From the NCBI GenBank assembly GCA_965203465.1, contig CBDBCR010000003.1, positions 928,263 to 992,262 of the forward strand: a stretch of 64,000 nucleotides of DNA. The letters run 5' to 3'. This DNA is from Nitrosopumilaceae archaeon (GTDB lineage: Archaea > Thermoproteota > Nitrososphaeria > Nitrososphaerales > Nitrosopumilaceae). This document shows positions 1 through 9,033 of this stretch, in pieces (the first letter of the stretch is position 1; each line of letters starts with the position of its first letter). The position numbers were made by a program, and so were the translations under genes. Below the pieces are notes generated by a model, which made no database searches, was not told the DNA's origin, and saw only the letters and a program-made list of their open reading frames with translations.

Positions 1-156
1 TTCCCAGCAGGGCCATGGCGCCGGCGCCGACCGCCTCGGACGCCTTTGTGGACCAGCATCCCCCCGTGCGCCTGGCGTACAGGGTGGGGAACCTGACCGA
101 GCCGACGTCCGAGACGCACTTTACGAACCCCGTTCCCAGATCCAAGCCGACCTTCA
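1..156 (-). CDS. ParM/StbA-like actin ATPase, 5' part only (element B copy, runs off window)
   Basis: Closely similar to 58028-58183; translates VKVGLDLGTGFVKCVSD (actin phosphate-1 motif); TATA-like ATTTAAGG about 25 bp upstream of the GTG. Confidence 0.8.
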
Positions 157-225
157 CGGATGTAGTGGCCGGGCCGGATTTAAGGGGCAGGCAAGGCTGA
201 TATTTGCCGGCGCGGCACCACGGGC

Positions 226-837
226 ATGATCGTAGACGAAAGCGAGTTTTCGAAGATGGCCGAGCATCTGGGAATCGAGCCAAAAGACCTAGTCAACACC
301 GTCTTGGAGAGCGTGAAGAGCCGCCCGTGGTACGTGTACAGGGCTGGTCGCAACAGATCTCTGGGCAAGTCGCTCCAAATATCTCTGAACAGCTCGGAGC
401 TCGCGTACGCTTGGGACGAGGCGATCAAAGACGTAGTCGGGGGGCGCGAGTACATCGTAGAAGAGTGCGACGTCGACTTGGTAAAGGGCACCACATGGTA
501 CGGAATAGTCTTGTCAGGGGACGACGACAGCGAAATAGACAGGCTGGATCTCTATTTTGGAGATGGCCCCGGAGAAATCGTGCGTGCGTCGGTGCATGTC
601 GTGTTCGCCGACGGCAAGTTGGGAGACAAGGCCATGGAAGAAATAGACGAAGTGCTTGACAACGAGATGGTGGATTGCGAGGGCTTGGATTTGGAACACG
701 ATTACTACGACGGCGTTTGGTCTTTTGCCATAACCGTCCACACTAGTCACGATTTCGAACTGCCCGGGTTTGACGAGATGCACGATCTGGTCAAAAAGAT
801 CAAAAAAATCGCAAAGGCGCACGGCGCACGCGACTAA
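226..837 (+). CDS. Hypothetical acidic protein (203 aa)
   Basis: Clean ORF with natural, D/E-rich composition; lower GC than flanks; absent from the equivalent position in element A. Confidence 0.75.
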   Translation: MIVDESEFSKMAEHLGIEPKDLVNTVLESVKSRPWYVYRAGRNRSLGKSLQISLNSSELAYAWDEAIKDVVGGREYIVEECDVDLVKGTTWYGIVLSGDDDSEIDRLDLYFGDGPGEIVRASVHVVFADGKLGDKAMEEIDEVLDNEMVDCEGLDLEHDYYDGVWSFAITVHTSHDFELPGFDEMHDLVKKIKKIAKAHGARD

Positions 838-980
838 CCGGGTCGGCATGCAAGATTCGGACGGCGCGGGCCGCCTCCGGCCCCGCACATCTCGGGACGG
901 ATCGGCGCTACGGGGCGGGGCGAGGGGCTGGTTACTGGGCGAAGAGGGGATCCGGGCGCATTTAAGGCGCCCGCGATCCT

Positions 981-1206
981 CGGGCGATGTGCTCCATAAC
1001 GGGGACAAAAACGTCCCGGCTATGGGGTACATGTCCTCCTACAGCCAGGCAGATGGTGTCTGGGATCGCCTGAAGTGGGCCGTACAGCGCGGCCGAGGCC
1101 GGCGGGGGCGACCGGGCGCATAAAAGGTGCCCTAGATCCGCGGGCGATGTGCCCCACAGTCGGGACGCTAGGATCCCGACTGTGGGGTATATGCCCTCCT
1201 ACAGCC
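981..1206 (+). repeat. Two copies (981-1046, 1141-1206) of a 66-bp hairpin-forming unit; third copy at 58254-58319
   Basis: CGGGCGATGTGC..GGGAC..TCCCG.CT.TGGGGTA.ATG...TCCTACAGCC; in the second copy CCCCACAGTCGGGA pairs perfectly with TCCCGACTGTGGGG. Confidence 0.8.
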
Positions 1207-1374
1207 CGGGCCTAGTCCGGGCCGCCGGGCCGGGGGCCGGCGGGGGCCGACTTCAGGAGGCGGCGGGCGCACGCGACGAGCCGCCTGTTCGAATGGTCTG
1301 CGAACGGCTCCGAGCAGGAGGGGCAGGCTTTCACGCCGCCGGAGCCCGGCTGGCATAAAAGGGCGGCCGCGCGC

Positions 1375-2628
1375 TCACGGCCTGCCCGGCTCCAGCCTGC
1401 CCATGATCTCCTCGACCATGTCGAACACCCTGCCGCGCAGCTCGCGCTCGCTGTCGGCCTCTTTTTTGAGCGACTTTATCCGCTTCCTGCCGGCCTCCTC
1501 TTTCCTGCGCATCGCGGTCAGCTCGTCTATCCTGGCCTGCTTGGCCGCGGCCTCGGCCCTGAGCCGCTCCTCGTCCGAGACGGTCAGCAACGGTATGGCC
1601 TTCCTGTACTCGGGGAACCGCTCAAAGTCCTCCTCGTTGTACCGCTCGTAGTGGGATTCGAGGCCCACCTTGTGACCCATCATGTCCTCCTTGTCCAGGT
1701 AGTCAACCTTGGCCCGCCTCAGCATAGTGTTGAAGTACTTGCGGAACCCGTGGTCGAGGCTCACCTCGTGCCTCCTGCGCCTGTCCCCCGGCGGGCGGAG
1801 GCCGACGCGCGCGACCAGTTTGGACACCCGGGCCTTTACGCTGTTGGAGCCGAGCCGGACCGGCTCGTCGTACCGCACCGAGACGAGCAGCGGATCGGAG
1901 CCGCGCGGCTCCCTGCCGAACCTGTGCTTCCACTCTTTGCGGTACAGGCCCACGGTCCCGTACGCCTCGGGGGTCACGAACGTCCAGTACTCCTCGGGGT
2001 ACCCGCGGTACACCCGCAGCGCGGCCCCCTCCGGCGGCTCGCCCACCGGCACCAGATCCTCCCAGCAAAAGTAGTCCCACGCCCCGACCCGGAAGCCGCC
2101 CGACGAGAACAGCAGCACTATGACCTTGTCGGTCAGGCCGGTCGAGCCGGCCAGCATGGCCTTGAGCTCCTCGCGGGTGTACGCGCGGTCGCGGCTCTTG
2201 ACGGGCGGCGGCATCATCCTGTTGACGGCCTTCCAGGATATCCCGATCTCGGAGGCGGCCAGCAGCGCCTTTACGGGCTTTATCTTGTTGGGGACCGTGT
2301 TGGGGTTCATCTCGCCCCGTTCCACCAGGTCCTTGAGCCCCTTTACGTAGCTGCGCACGGCCGCCTTGGCCGCGTCGGGGTTGGACCGCGCCAGGCCCAC
2401 GAACGCCTCGCACATGTCCTCGATGCCCCTCGAGCGCGGCGGGCCCCCCGCGTACCTCTCAAAGACCCCGTCGGGCACCGCGGCCATGAACGCGGCCAGG
2501 TTGCCCCCGTACGACCGGCGGGTCTCGGCGCTGCCCAGCGAGGCCATCATGTCCGAGTATGCCGCCCCCTCCATGGAGGCCACATCTATCTCCACCGATC
2601 GTTTCGGACTCTGTTCCTGATAAGGCAC
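1375..2628 (-). CDS. Tyrosine recombinase/integrase (element B)
   Basis: Catalytic R (GGFRVG), HxxR (HGFRKYF), MMGH and Y (SHYE); about 20 substitutions in 417 aa versus 58645-59898. Confidence 0.92.
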   Translation of the reverse strand: MPYQEQSPKRSVEIDVASMEGAAYSDMMASLGSAETRRSYGGNLAAFMAAVPDGVFERYAGGPPRSRGIEDMCEAFVGLARSNPDAAKAAVRSYVKGLKDLVERGEMNPNTVPNKIKPVKALLAASEIGISWKAVNRMMPPPVKSRDRAYTREELKAMLAGSTGLTDKVIVLLFSSGGFRVGAWDYFCWEDLVPVGEPPEGAALRVYRGYPEEYWTFVTPEAYGTVGLYRKEWKHRFGREPRGSDPLLVSVRYDEPVRLGSNSVKARVSKLVARVGLRPPGDRRRRHEVSLDHGFRKYFNTMLRRAKVDYLDKEDMMGHKVGLESHYERYNEEDFERFPEYRKAIPLLTVSDEERLRAEAAAKQARIDELTAMRRKEEAGRKRIKSLKKEADSERELRGRVFDMVEEIMGRLEPGRP

Positions 2629-2645
2629 TAAATGTGGGCGGGTCT
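2629..2645 (-). other. att junction between elements A and B (partial copy of tRNA-Lys 3' end)
   Basis: TAAATGTGGGCGGGTCT is identical to 59899-59915; identity stops abruptly after 2645/59915 and includes the last 7 nt (AGACCCG) of the tRNA. Confidence 0.8.
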
Positions 2646-2670
2646 TCGGCGACTATCAAGTTGCGCCTGA

Positions 2671-3096
2671 TCAGCGGCAGGGCGGCGCGCTTTCCAGCGC
2701 AACCCGGACCAGCCGGGCGCACCGCTCCGGCCGCTTTTTTATGTCGTCGTCCCAGAAGCGGATCACCGCGTATCCTGCCTCCCTCAGCTCCCGGTTCACC
2801 CGCCGGTCCCGCCGGCGGTTGCCCCCTATGTGCTGCAGCCAGTACTCTGGATTGTCGCCTCCGGCCAGTTTCTTCCTCAGCTTTGGCCAGTTGCGCCCGT
2901 GCCAGAACGAGCCGTCGCAGAACACGAGCAGGCGGCCCTCGACTATGAAGTCCGGCGAGCCGGGCAGTTCCGGCTGGGACCGGTAGCGCATGCCGCCGCG
3001 CCGCAGGATCCTGGCCATCTCCCTCTCCGGCCCCGTCCCCCGGCTCCTGATCTTGGACATCACCTCCGAGCGCTTTTCCTTGGTGAGCGTGTCCAA
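2671..3096 (-). CDS. vsr: Very short patch repair endonuclease Vsr
   Basis: EKRSEVMSKIRS..PE, LPGSPD, FCDGSFWHG, NRRRD, IRFW motifs; start moved to TTG 3096 with TTTAAC box upstream. Confidence 0.9.
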   Translation of the reverse strand: MDTLTKEKRSEVMSKIRSRGTGPEREMARILRRGGMRYRSQPELPGSPDFIVEGRLLVFCDGSFWHGRNWPKLRKKLAGGDNPEYWLQHIGGNRRRDRRVNRELREAGYAVIRFWDDDIKKRPERCARLVRVALESAPPCR

Positions 3097-3442
3097 CGCG
3101 CCGGGGCGCCGGAGAGGGGTTAAACGTGCTTTGGCCGGGCGCGGCTCCGGCGGGCGCCCCCGTCCAAGCGTCCGCTGCGTGCTATGCAGGCGTCCGAATC
3201 GGCGTCCGGGACATCGCGGATCGTAGCTCGCCCGCAGCCGATGCGGCGCGCAGAAGCGGCGGATCCGGGAGGGCCGGCGCGGCCGGATCGTGGGCGCAGA
3301 AAAGGCCCCCCTTCCGGCTGCCGGTTTGCGGACGCGCGGAGCTTGCGTCGTGCGTCCGCCGGCGCTCCCGATTTGGCCGCGCCGCACGCACGCCAGCTTC
3401 GCCCCGACCCAGGCTTATAACCAAGTTCCGGCAATGCACGCC

Positions 3443-4192
3443 ATGGGCGACACCGGCATCCCGGGAGTGGAGGAGATGGTGCAAGACGCGATTGCGAAGA
3501 TCCGGAGGGAAGACCCCGGCACGCTGACGCCGGAGGCCGTGCTGAACCGGTTCTCGGACGCGGTAGAGGCCGTGTTGGGCGCCACGTACGACGCGTACGA
3601 AAGGCACGAGCGGGGCAGGATAGAAGCCTGCAAGAAGAGATTCACGGAGGGCCTGCCCGAGACGGTCCCGAAGGAAAGGGCGGAAAAAGTCGTGAGCGAT
3701 ACCGTCGACGGGGTCAGGGAACTGAAGAACAGCCTCGAGCAGTCCAAGGCATCCCGAGCGGGCAAGAGCTTGGAGAAGATCGTGCAAAAGCTGCTGGCGC
3801 TTGCGGGAATACCCAGCGAGGCCCTGACGCCCGGCGACAAAAAGCACAATCTGGACAGGATCGGCTTGGCGATACCGAACAAGCAGACGGCCATCGACAG
3901 CCCCGACAAGTCGCATTTCCTCTCGCTCAAGACTTCGCTGAGGGAGCGCGGAAGCAGGTGGTCGAAGAACAGAAACCGGGGCCGGACACACCTGATCACC
4001 GTCCTTCGGGGAGAGGCGCTGGGCAACGGCGTGGCGCGGGAGATCGTCAAACACGGGGTATTCCTGTACCTGCCGGACAGGATAAAGGACGGCCGCTTCT
4101 CGGACGAGCCGCGGATCAGGAGGCTGTCGGATCTGCCCCTCAGCGTGGGCAGGGAATACGTCGAGAGCCCGAGCGCAACGTCAGTAATCTAG
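3443..4192 (+). CDS. EcoRII C-terminal-like type II restriction endonuclease, probably damaged
   Basis: SKASRAGKSLE and SLKTSLRER motifs; the expected WKQVVEE is read in a shifted frame at ~3950-3975 (compensating frameshifts). Confidence 0.7.
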   Translation: MGDTGIPGVEEMVQDAIAKIRREDPGTLTPEAVLNRFSDAVEAVLGATYDAYERHERGRIEACKKRFTEGLPETVPKERAEKVVSDTVDGVRELKNSLEQSKASRAGKSLEKIVQKLLALAGIPSEALTPGDKKHNLDRIGLAIPNKQTAIDSPDKSHFLSLKTSLRERGSRWSKNRNRGRTHLITVLRGEALGNGVAREIVKHGVFLYLPDRIKDGRFSDEPRIRRLSDLPLSVGREYVESPSATSVI

Positions 4193-4352
4193 AACACGGC
4201 CGCCCGGTGCGCCAGAGCGACGGCAGGCGCCGGATCTGCGAAGTCGGCGGACGGATACGGGGTCGGCCAGCAGAGGCGCTGGACTTGCGCGTTCTAGATT
4301 GGGCCTGACCGCGCCACGGGGTGCATGTAATATACGTCGGCCAGCATTTTCG

Positions 4353-4526
4353 CTAGTCCCTGGCCGCGGTCACCTCTATTTTCCCGCGCACGATCCTGTA
4401 GGTTATGCGGGAGGGGCACCCCAGCCTGTCCATGACCGGCTTCGGAAGGTACCCCTGGCAGCCCCGGGTATCGTGGTAGGTGACGCTGACGGTGAACTCT
4501 TTGGCGTCCTTTTGCCATCTTCCCAT
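4353..4526 (-). CDS. Small AbrB/SpoVT-like protein inside the IS6-like element
   Basis: FTVSV..GYLPKPVMDRLG..ITYRIVRGKIEV swapped-hairpin pattern; identical protein at 6770-6943. Confidence 0.7.
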   Translation of the reverse strand: MGRWQKDAKEFTVSVTYHDTRGCQGYLPKPVMDRLGCPSRITYRIVRGKIEVTAARD

Positions 4527-4576
4527 GTCAATTCCGGGCACGCCGTTTGTTAAAAACTATTATTCCACGTGTTTAT

Positions 4577-5734
4577 ATGCCCGTCGCCGCGGCCGGAGGC
4601 GTGGATCGGCTGCTCGCGCTCAGAAAAGGCGGATACCGGCCGTCCGCGGCCCGCGGACCGGTGGTGCGGCACGACCGGTGATATTCGGTGCAGTCCTACA
4701 CGGTTCCGGGGAAAAAATACACGGTGCTCGACGCGGGCGGCCCGTGGGTCTGCACGTGCCTCTGGCACTGCTACGTGCACGTCGATTGCAAGCACATCTT
4801 GGCGGCGCGCGCCGCGTTCGGTTCGCGCGCGCCCGAGGAGCCCGAGCCGGCAGTGATACCGGAAATAGAGCCGGGCACGTGCCCCGAATGCGGCTCTGCC
4901 AACTCGAAAACTGACGGCGTGCGCGTGAACAAAAACTACGAGAACCAAAAGTACAAGTGCCTCGACTGCGGCAGGCACTTTTCGGCAAACGCCGGGCTCG
5001 GGGACACCGTGCTTCCCCCCGCATTCGTGACGCGGGTGATAGAGATGGCCTCCTCCGGCATGCCGTACCCCAAGATAGCAAAGTGGCTGGCCTCAGAGAA
5101 GGTGAAAGTGTCCACAAAAACCGTGTGCAACATAGTCCGCCGCTTCTCCAAAATCCTGATCGAATACTGCGCCCGGCTGCGGCCGGCCGTCTCAGAGTTG
5201 TGGAGGACCGACGAGAAGCGCGTCGCGGTGGCCGGCGGCAAGCCCTACCTGCACGGCCTGATGGACTCGGGGACGCGGCTGCTCCTGTCGGTGCAGCTGA
5301 CGCCCAGAAAGGGCGAGGACGACGTCGCTCCCATGTACCGGGCCGGCGCCGACTGGGCCGGCAAGGTCCCGCACCTGCTGGTCTCGGACGGGGCGCCGTC
5401 GTTCCGCGCGGCGTGGAATTCGTGCTACCGGCCCAACAGGAAGGACCAGAAATACTCCGATCACGCGGCCATGATCCACCTAGACGGCAACATGAACAAC
5501 AACATGATGGAGTCGCTCAACCGCGAGCTTGGCAGGCGCATGTGGCCGGCGCGGTTCGTCCCGGCAGAGGCGGCGGCCGCCATGGCCGAGCGCGTGCGCC
5601 TGTTCTACAACTTTTTCCACGAGCACTCGGGCCTCGGCGGCAGGACGCCGGCCGAGGCGGCCGGCATCTTGGTGCGGGGCGACAACAGGTGGAAGACGCT
5701 GCTGCGCAACGCGCACGCCAACGCTCCAAGATAG
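4577..5734 (+). CDS. IS6/IS240-like DDE transposase with N-terminal SWIM and Zn-ribbon; in-frame TGA at 4679 (or restart at GTG 4688)
   Basis: CTC..CKH SWIM, CPECG..CLDCG ribbon, WRTDE / VSDG / NNMMES DDE triad, TPAEAAGI tail. Confidence 0.85.
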
Positions 5735-5930
5735 CGCCACCCGGCGCCGGCCCGCCCGGACGGGCGGGGAAGCGCACGCGCCGGTCCGGGATTTGGACGC
5801 AGACGGGCCCCGATACGGCGCGCCAAAGGGCCCGTCCCGGTCCTGGACGCGCCCGCCGCCCGGCGCGGGGCGGCCTTTGCGGCGAATCCGTGGTTCTTTT
5901 TTGCTCTGGAAAATTCATCGACGACGTATA

Positions 5931-6719
5931 TTACACGCACCCGGCGCCGGCCCGGTACATGGGAGCGACGTCGTCCTCGCCCTTTCTGGGCGTCAGCTGC
6001 ACCGACAGGAGCAGCCGCGTCCCCGAGTCCATCAGGCCGTGCAGGTAGGGCTTGCCGCCGGCCACCGCGACGCGCTTCTCGTCGGTCCTCCACAACTCTG
6101 AGACGGCCGGCCGCAGCCGGGCGCAGTATTCGATCAGGATTTTGGAGAAGCGGCGGACTATGTTGCACACGGTTTTTGTGGACACTTTCACCTTCTCTGA
6201 GGCCAGCCACTTTGCTATCTTGGGGTACGGCATGCCGGAGGAGGCCATCTCTATCACCCGCGTCACGAATGCGGGGGGAAGCACGGTGTCCCCGAGCCCG
6301 GCGTTTGCCGAAAAGTGCCTGCCGCAGTCGAGGCACTTGTACTTTTGGTTCTCGTAGTTTTTGTTCACGCGCACGCCGTCAGTTTTCGAGTTGGCAGAGC
6401 CGCATTCGGGGCACGTGCCCGGCTCTATTTCCGGTATCACTGCCGGCTCGGGCTCCTCGGGCGCGCGCGAACCGAACGCGGCGCGCGCCGCCAAGATGTG
6501 CTTGCAATCGACGTGCACGTAGCAGTGCCAGAGGCACGTGCAGACCCACGGGCCGCCCGCGTCGAGCACCGTGTATTTTTTCCCCGGAACCGTGTAGGAC
6601 TGCACCGAATAGCAGCTCCGGCCGTGCCGCACCGCCAGTCCGCGGGCCGCGGACGGCCGGTATCCGCCTTTTCTGAGCGCGAGCAGCCGATCCACGCCTC
6701 CGGCCGCGGCGACGGGCAT
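5931..6719 (-). pseudogene. 3'-truncated IS6-like transposase
   Basis: Same protein as copy 1 up to MYRAGA, lacks the second D and the E; N-terminus open where copy 1 has a stop. Confidence 0.85.
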
Positions 6720-6976
6720 ATAAACACGTGGAATAATAGTTTTTAACAAACGGCGTGCCCGGAATTGACATGGGAAGATGGCAAAAGGACGCCAAAGAGT
6801 TCACCGTCAGCGTCACCTACCACGATACCCGGGGCTGCCAGGGGTACCTTCCGAAGCCGGTCATGGACAGGCTGGGGTGCCCCTCCCGCATAACCTACAG
6901 GATCGTGCGCGGGAAAATAGAGGTGACCGCGGCCAGGGACTAGCGAAAGGCAAAACGACGTATATTACATGCATCC
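5943..6976 (-). mobile_element. Inverted, truncated second copy of the IS6-like element
   Basis: Reverse complement of ~4319-5350; own IRL at 6956-6976; cut exactly at the right IR of copy 1. Confidence 0.88.
6770..6943 (+). CDS. AbrB-like passenger gene, copy 2
   Basis: Identical to 4353-4526. Confidence 0.7.
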   Translation: MGRWQKDAKEFTVSVTYHDTRGCQGYLPKPVMDRLGCPSRITYRIVRGKIEVTAARD

Positions 6977-7689
6977 GTGTACGGTGCCCACCGAGACGGG
7001 CAGGCCGTCGCGGCCCATGCGGCCGGCGTTCATCCTGTGCGGCATGCGGTCGGCGAAGTTGCCCACGATGCTGGCGCACGCGTTGCGGCCCGGGTTTCCC
7101 TCGTCGGGCAGGCCCGTCTCGGGCTCCATGCCGCAGCTGTCGCACTCGGCGCAGTCGTAGACGTTTACCGTATGGCACGTAGTGGTCGCCCTGACGGGGC
7201 GCGGGGCCTCGTGACGTAGCGTATCTTTTTCCTGACGACCCGTATCCTGCGCGAGCCGCAGCCGCTGCACTCGCTCATCTTGTGCTCTTCGAACTTATCC
7301 GGCTTTGGCTTGCGCGTCTTGTCCGGGTGCCCCTTTTGCGCGCCCCTCTTCCCGCCCGACGGGGCCGCGCCCCTGCCTATCTTGTCCTGGGTTTCCGTCC
7401 TGTGCGACGGCGGCGTGTGCGTGTTGTCGTACCGTTTCTGGATCTTTTCCAGCTTTTCCGCCCGCGCGGCGAGCCGGGCCGCCGAGCCCTCCGCCCTCCG
7501 CCTCGCTTTCCGCTCCCCCGCCAGCTCCTGCTTGGCGAACGCAAGCTCCGCCTGCGAGTGCAGATAGTCGAGTTCGGCCCTGTCGGCCTCGGCGTTCGTC
7601 CGCTGCTCGGCCTGGAGCCTCCCGGTCCTTTCCTCCTTGAACCTGCGCTTCCATTCCGCGCACTTGCGAGCCGCTTCCCTGCAATCCAA
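6977..7689 (-). pseudogene. IS66-family transposase N-terminal remnant, frameshifted and truncated by the IS6-like copy
   Basis: Coiled coil, then NTHTPPS, KRGAQKGH, CSGC..CAEC zinc finger across two frames. Confidence 0.75.
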
Positions 7690-7930
7690 CGGCTGACGTA
7701 AAACGTACTAGTATTTAGATCGCTGCTGTCAAAAAATTTCATCACGGAGTGAAAATTCAGGCACGACGTGAACACATACCTTGCGTTTTGTAGGCGTATC
7801 GTGGTTCTTTACCGTCTTTACATATCTCTCCACGGGTGTGCTTATCCGTATGATTATAAGAACATTCCGTATCAGCACGAATGATATCATATCGAATAAG
7901 GCTTAATAAGGCTCCTCCGGAGGGGTGGCC

Positions 7931-8098
7931 GTGTCGAAGTGGAAGAGCGGCGAGACGGACTTCACGGTGAGCGTAAGCAGGGACAATAGAGACTCTTATG
8001 TGTGCCGCCTGCCCAAACCGCTCGTGAAAAAGCTGGGCTTGGACGGCAGGATACGCTTCCGCGTGTTCAAGAGCCGCGTGGAGGTGAGCAAGCCTTGA
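7931..8098 (+). CDS. AbrB-like regulator (55 aa, not in the ORF track)
   Basis: MSKWKSGETDFTVSVSRDNRDSYVCRLPKPLVKKLGLDGRIRFRVFKSRVEVSKP; homologous to the IS passenger; TTGA overlap with the next gene. Confidence 0.75.
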   Translation: MSKWKSGETDFTVSVSRDNRDSYVCRLPKPLVKKLGLDGRIRFRVFKSRVEVSKP

Positions 8099-8661
8099 CC
8101 GGCCGTGCGACCGGTGGAAAATACAAGACGGTCGTCATCGACCCTCCTTGGAGAATCACCGCCACAGGCCCCAACTCGAAACCGTGTCGTGGGGTGCTCA
8201 AGCGCCGTTTGGATTACAGAACCATGACCGACCGAGAGATCGCCGACTTTCCAATAGACGATTTTGCCGCATCCTCGTGTAACCTTTTTGTCTGGTCTAT
8301 CCAGAGCCGCTTGCCGTTCACGATGGATCTTATACGCAAGTGGGGATTCAACTACTACTGCACATTCACATGGGTGAAAAATACAGGCATTACGATGCAG
8401 GGCGTCTTTCGCAACAGTGAATTCGTAGTATTCGGATATCGCGGACCTTTCAATATACCGTTCACCGGAAGGGCGGTACCAGCCGCATTCAAGGCCCGTA
8501 CTGGAATCCACTCCCAGAAACCAAGCGAATTTTACGAACTGGTGCGAACCAAGACCAAGCCTCCTAGAATAGATGTGTTTGCACGCCAAAGACATCCCGG
8601 TTTCGATGTGTGGGGAGACGAGGCTGTCGAGAGACCCCTCATCGAAGAGTGCCTATTCTAG
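8095..8661 (+). CDS. MT-A70 family DNA methyltransferase
   Basis: YKTVVIDPPW, YRTM, LFVW, FTWVK, HSQKP, IDVFAR..GFDVWGDE; the last five codons come from the IS110 end. Confidence 0.9.
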   Translation: MTGRATGGKYKTVVIDPPWRITATGPNSKPCRGVLKRRLDYRTMTDREIADFPIDDFAASSCNLFVWSIQSRLPFTMDLIRKWGFNYYCTFTWVKNTGITMQGVFRNSEFVVFGYRGPFNIPFTGRAVPAAFKARTGIHSQKPSEFYELVRTKTKPPRIDVFARQRHPGFDVWGDEAVERPLIEECLF

Positions 8662-8722
8662 CGGGCGTTGAAAATTTCGCCTCCCCCTCCACGCATCAGA
8701 CAGGCGGGGGCAAAATCTTCCA

Positions 8723-8924
8723 TGACCGGCAGACCCTGTATCAAATCTTATCTGGGAGGGGAGCATGGCTCTCCGAGATGGGCCCGAGAGTTGAACTATT
8801 CTTACCCCGCATGAGGGTGACCGGCAGACCCTGTATCAAATCTTATCTGGGAGGGGAGCATGGCTCTCCGAGATGGGCCCGAGAGTTGAACTATTCTTAC
8901 CCCGCATGAGGGTGACCGGCAGAC
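8723..8924 (+). repeat. Exact 95-bp tandem duplication (2 copies + 12 bp) in the IS110 non-coding left end; candidate bridge RNA region
   Basis: TGACCGGCAGAC recurs at 8723, 8818 and 8913 with identical sequence between. Confidence 0.9.
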
Positions 8925-9033
8925 TAACTCACAACAATAGGCGGACGGGGTACTACCCCACAGAGGGTGAATGGGAGCTTTCCGCTCAATCGGGCAAATC
9001 CACAAATCCAATGGCTTCGAAGGAGGTGACACA

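Larger units (their letters stand above)
4319..5942 (+). mobile_element. IS6-like element with 21-bp terminal IRs carrying an AbrB-like passenger gene
   Basis: IRL GGGTGCATGTAATATACGTCG (4319-4339) matches the reverse complement of 5922-5942 at 20/21; GG termini as in IS6. Confidence 0.85.

Noticed and set aside
2629-2700. SSV1-type integrase split by integration
   Set aside because: In-frame TAG stops lie just upstream of both GTG starts and both integrases look complete
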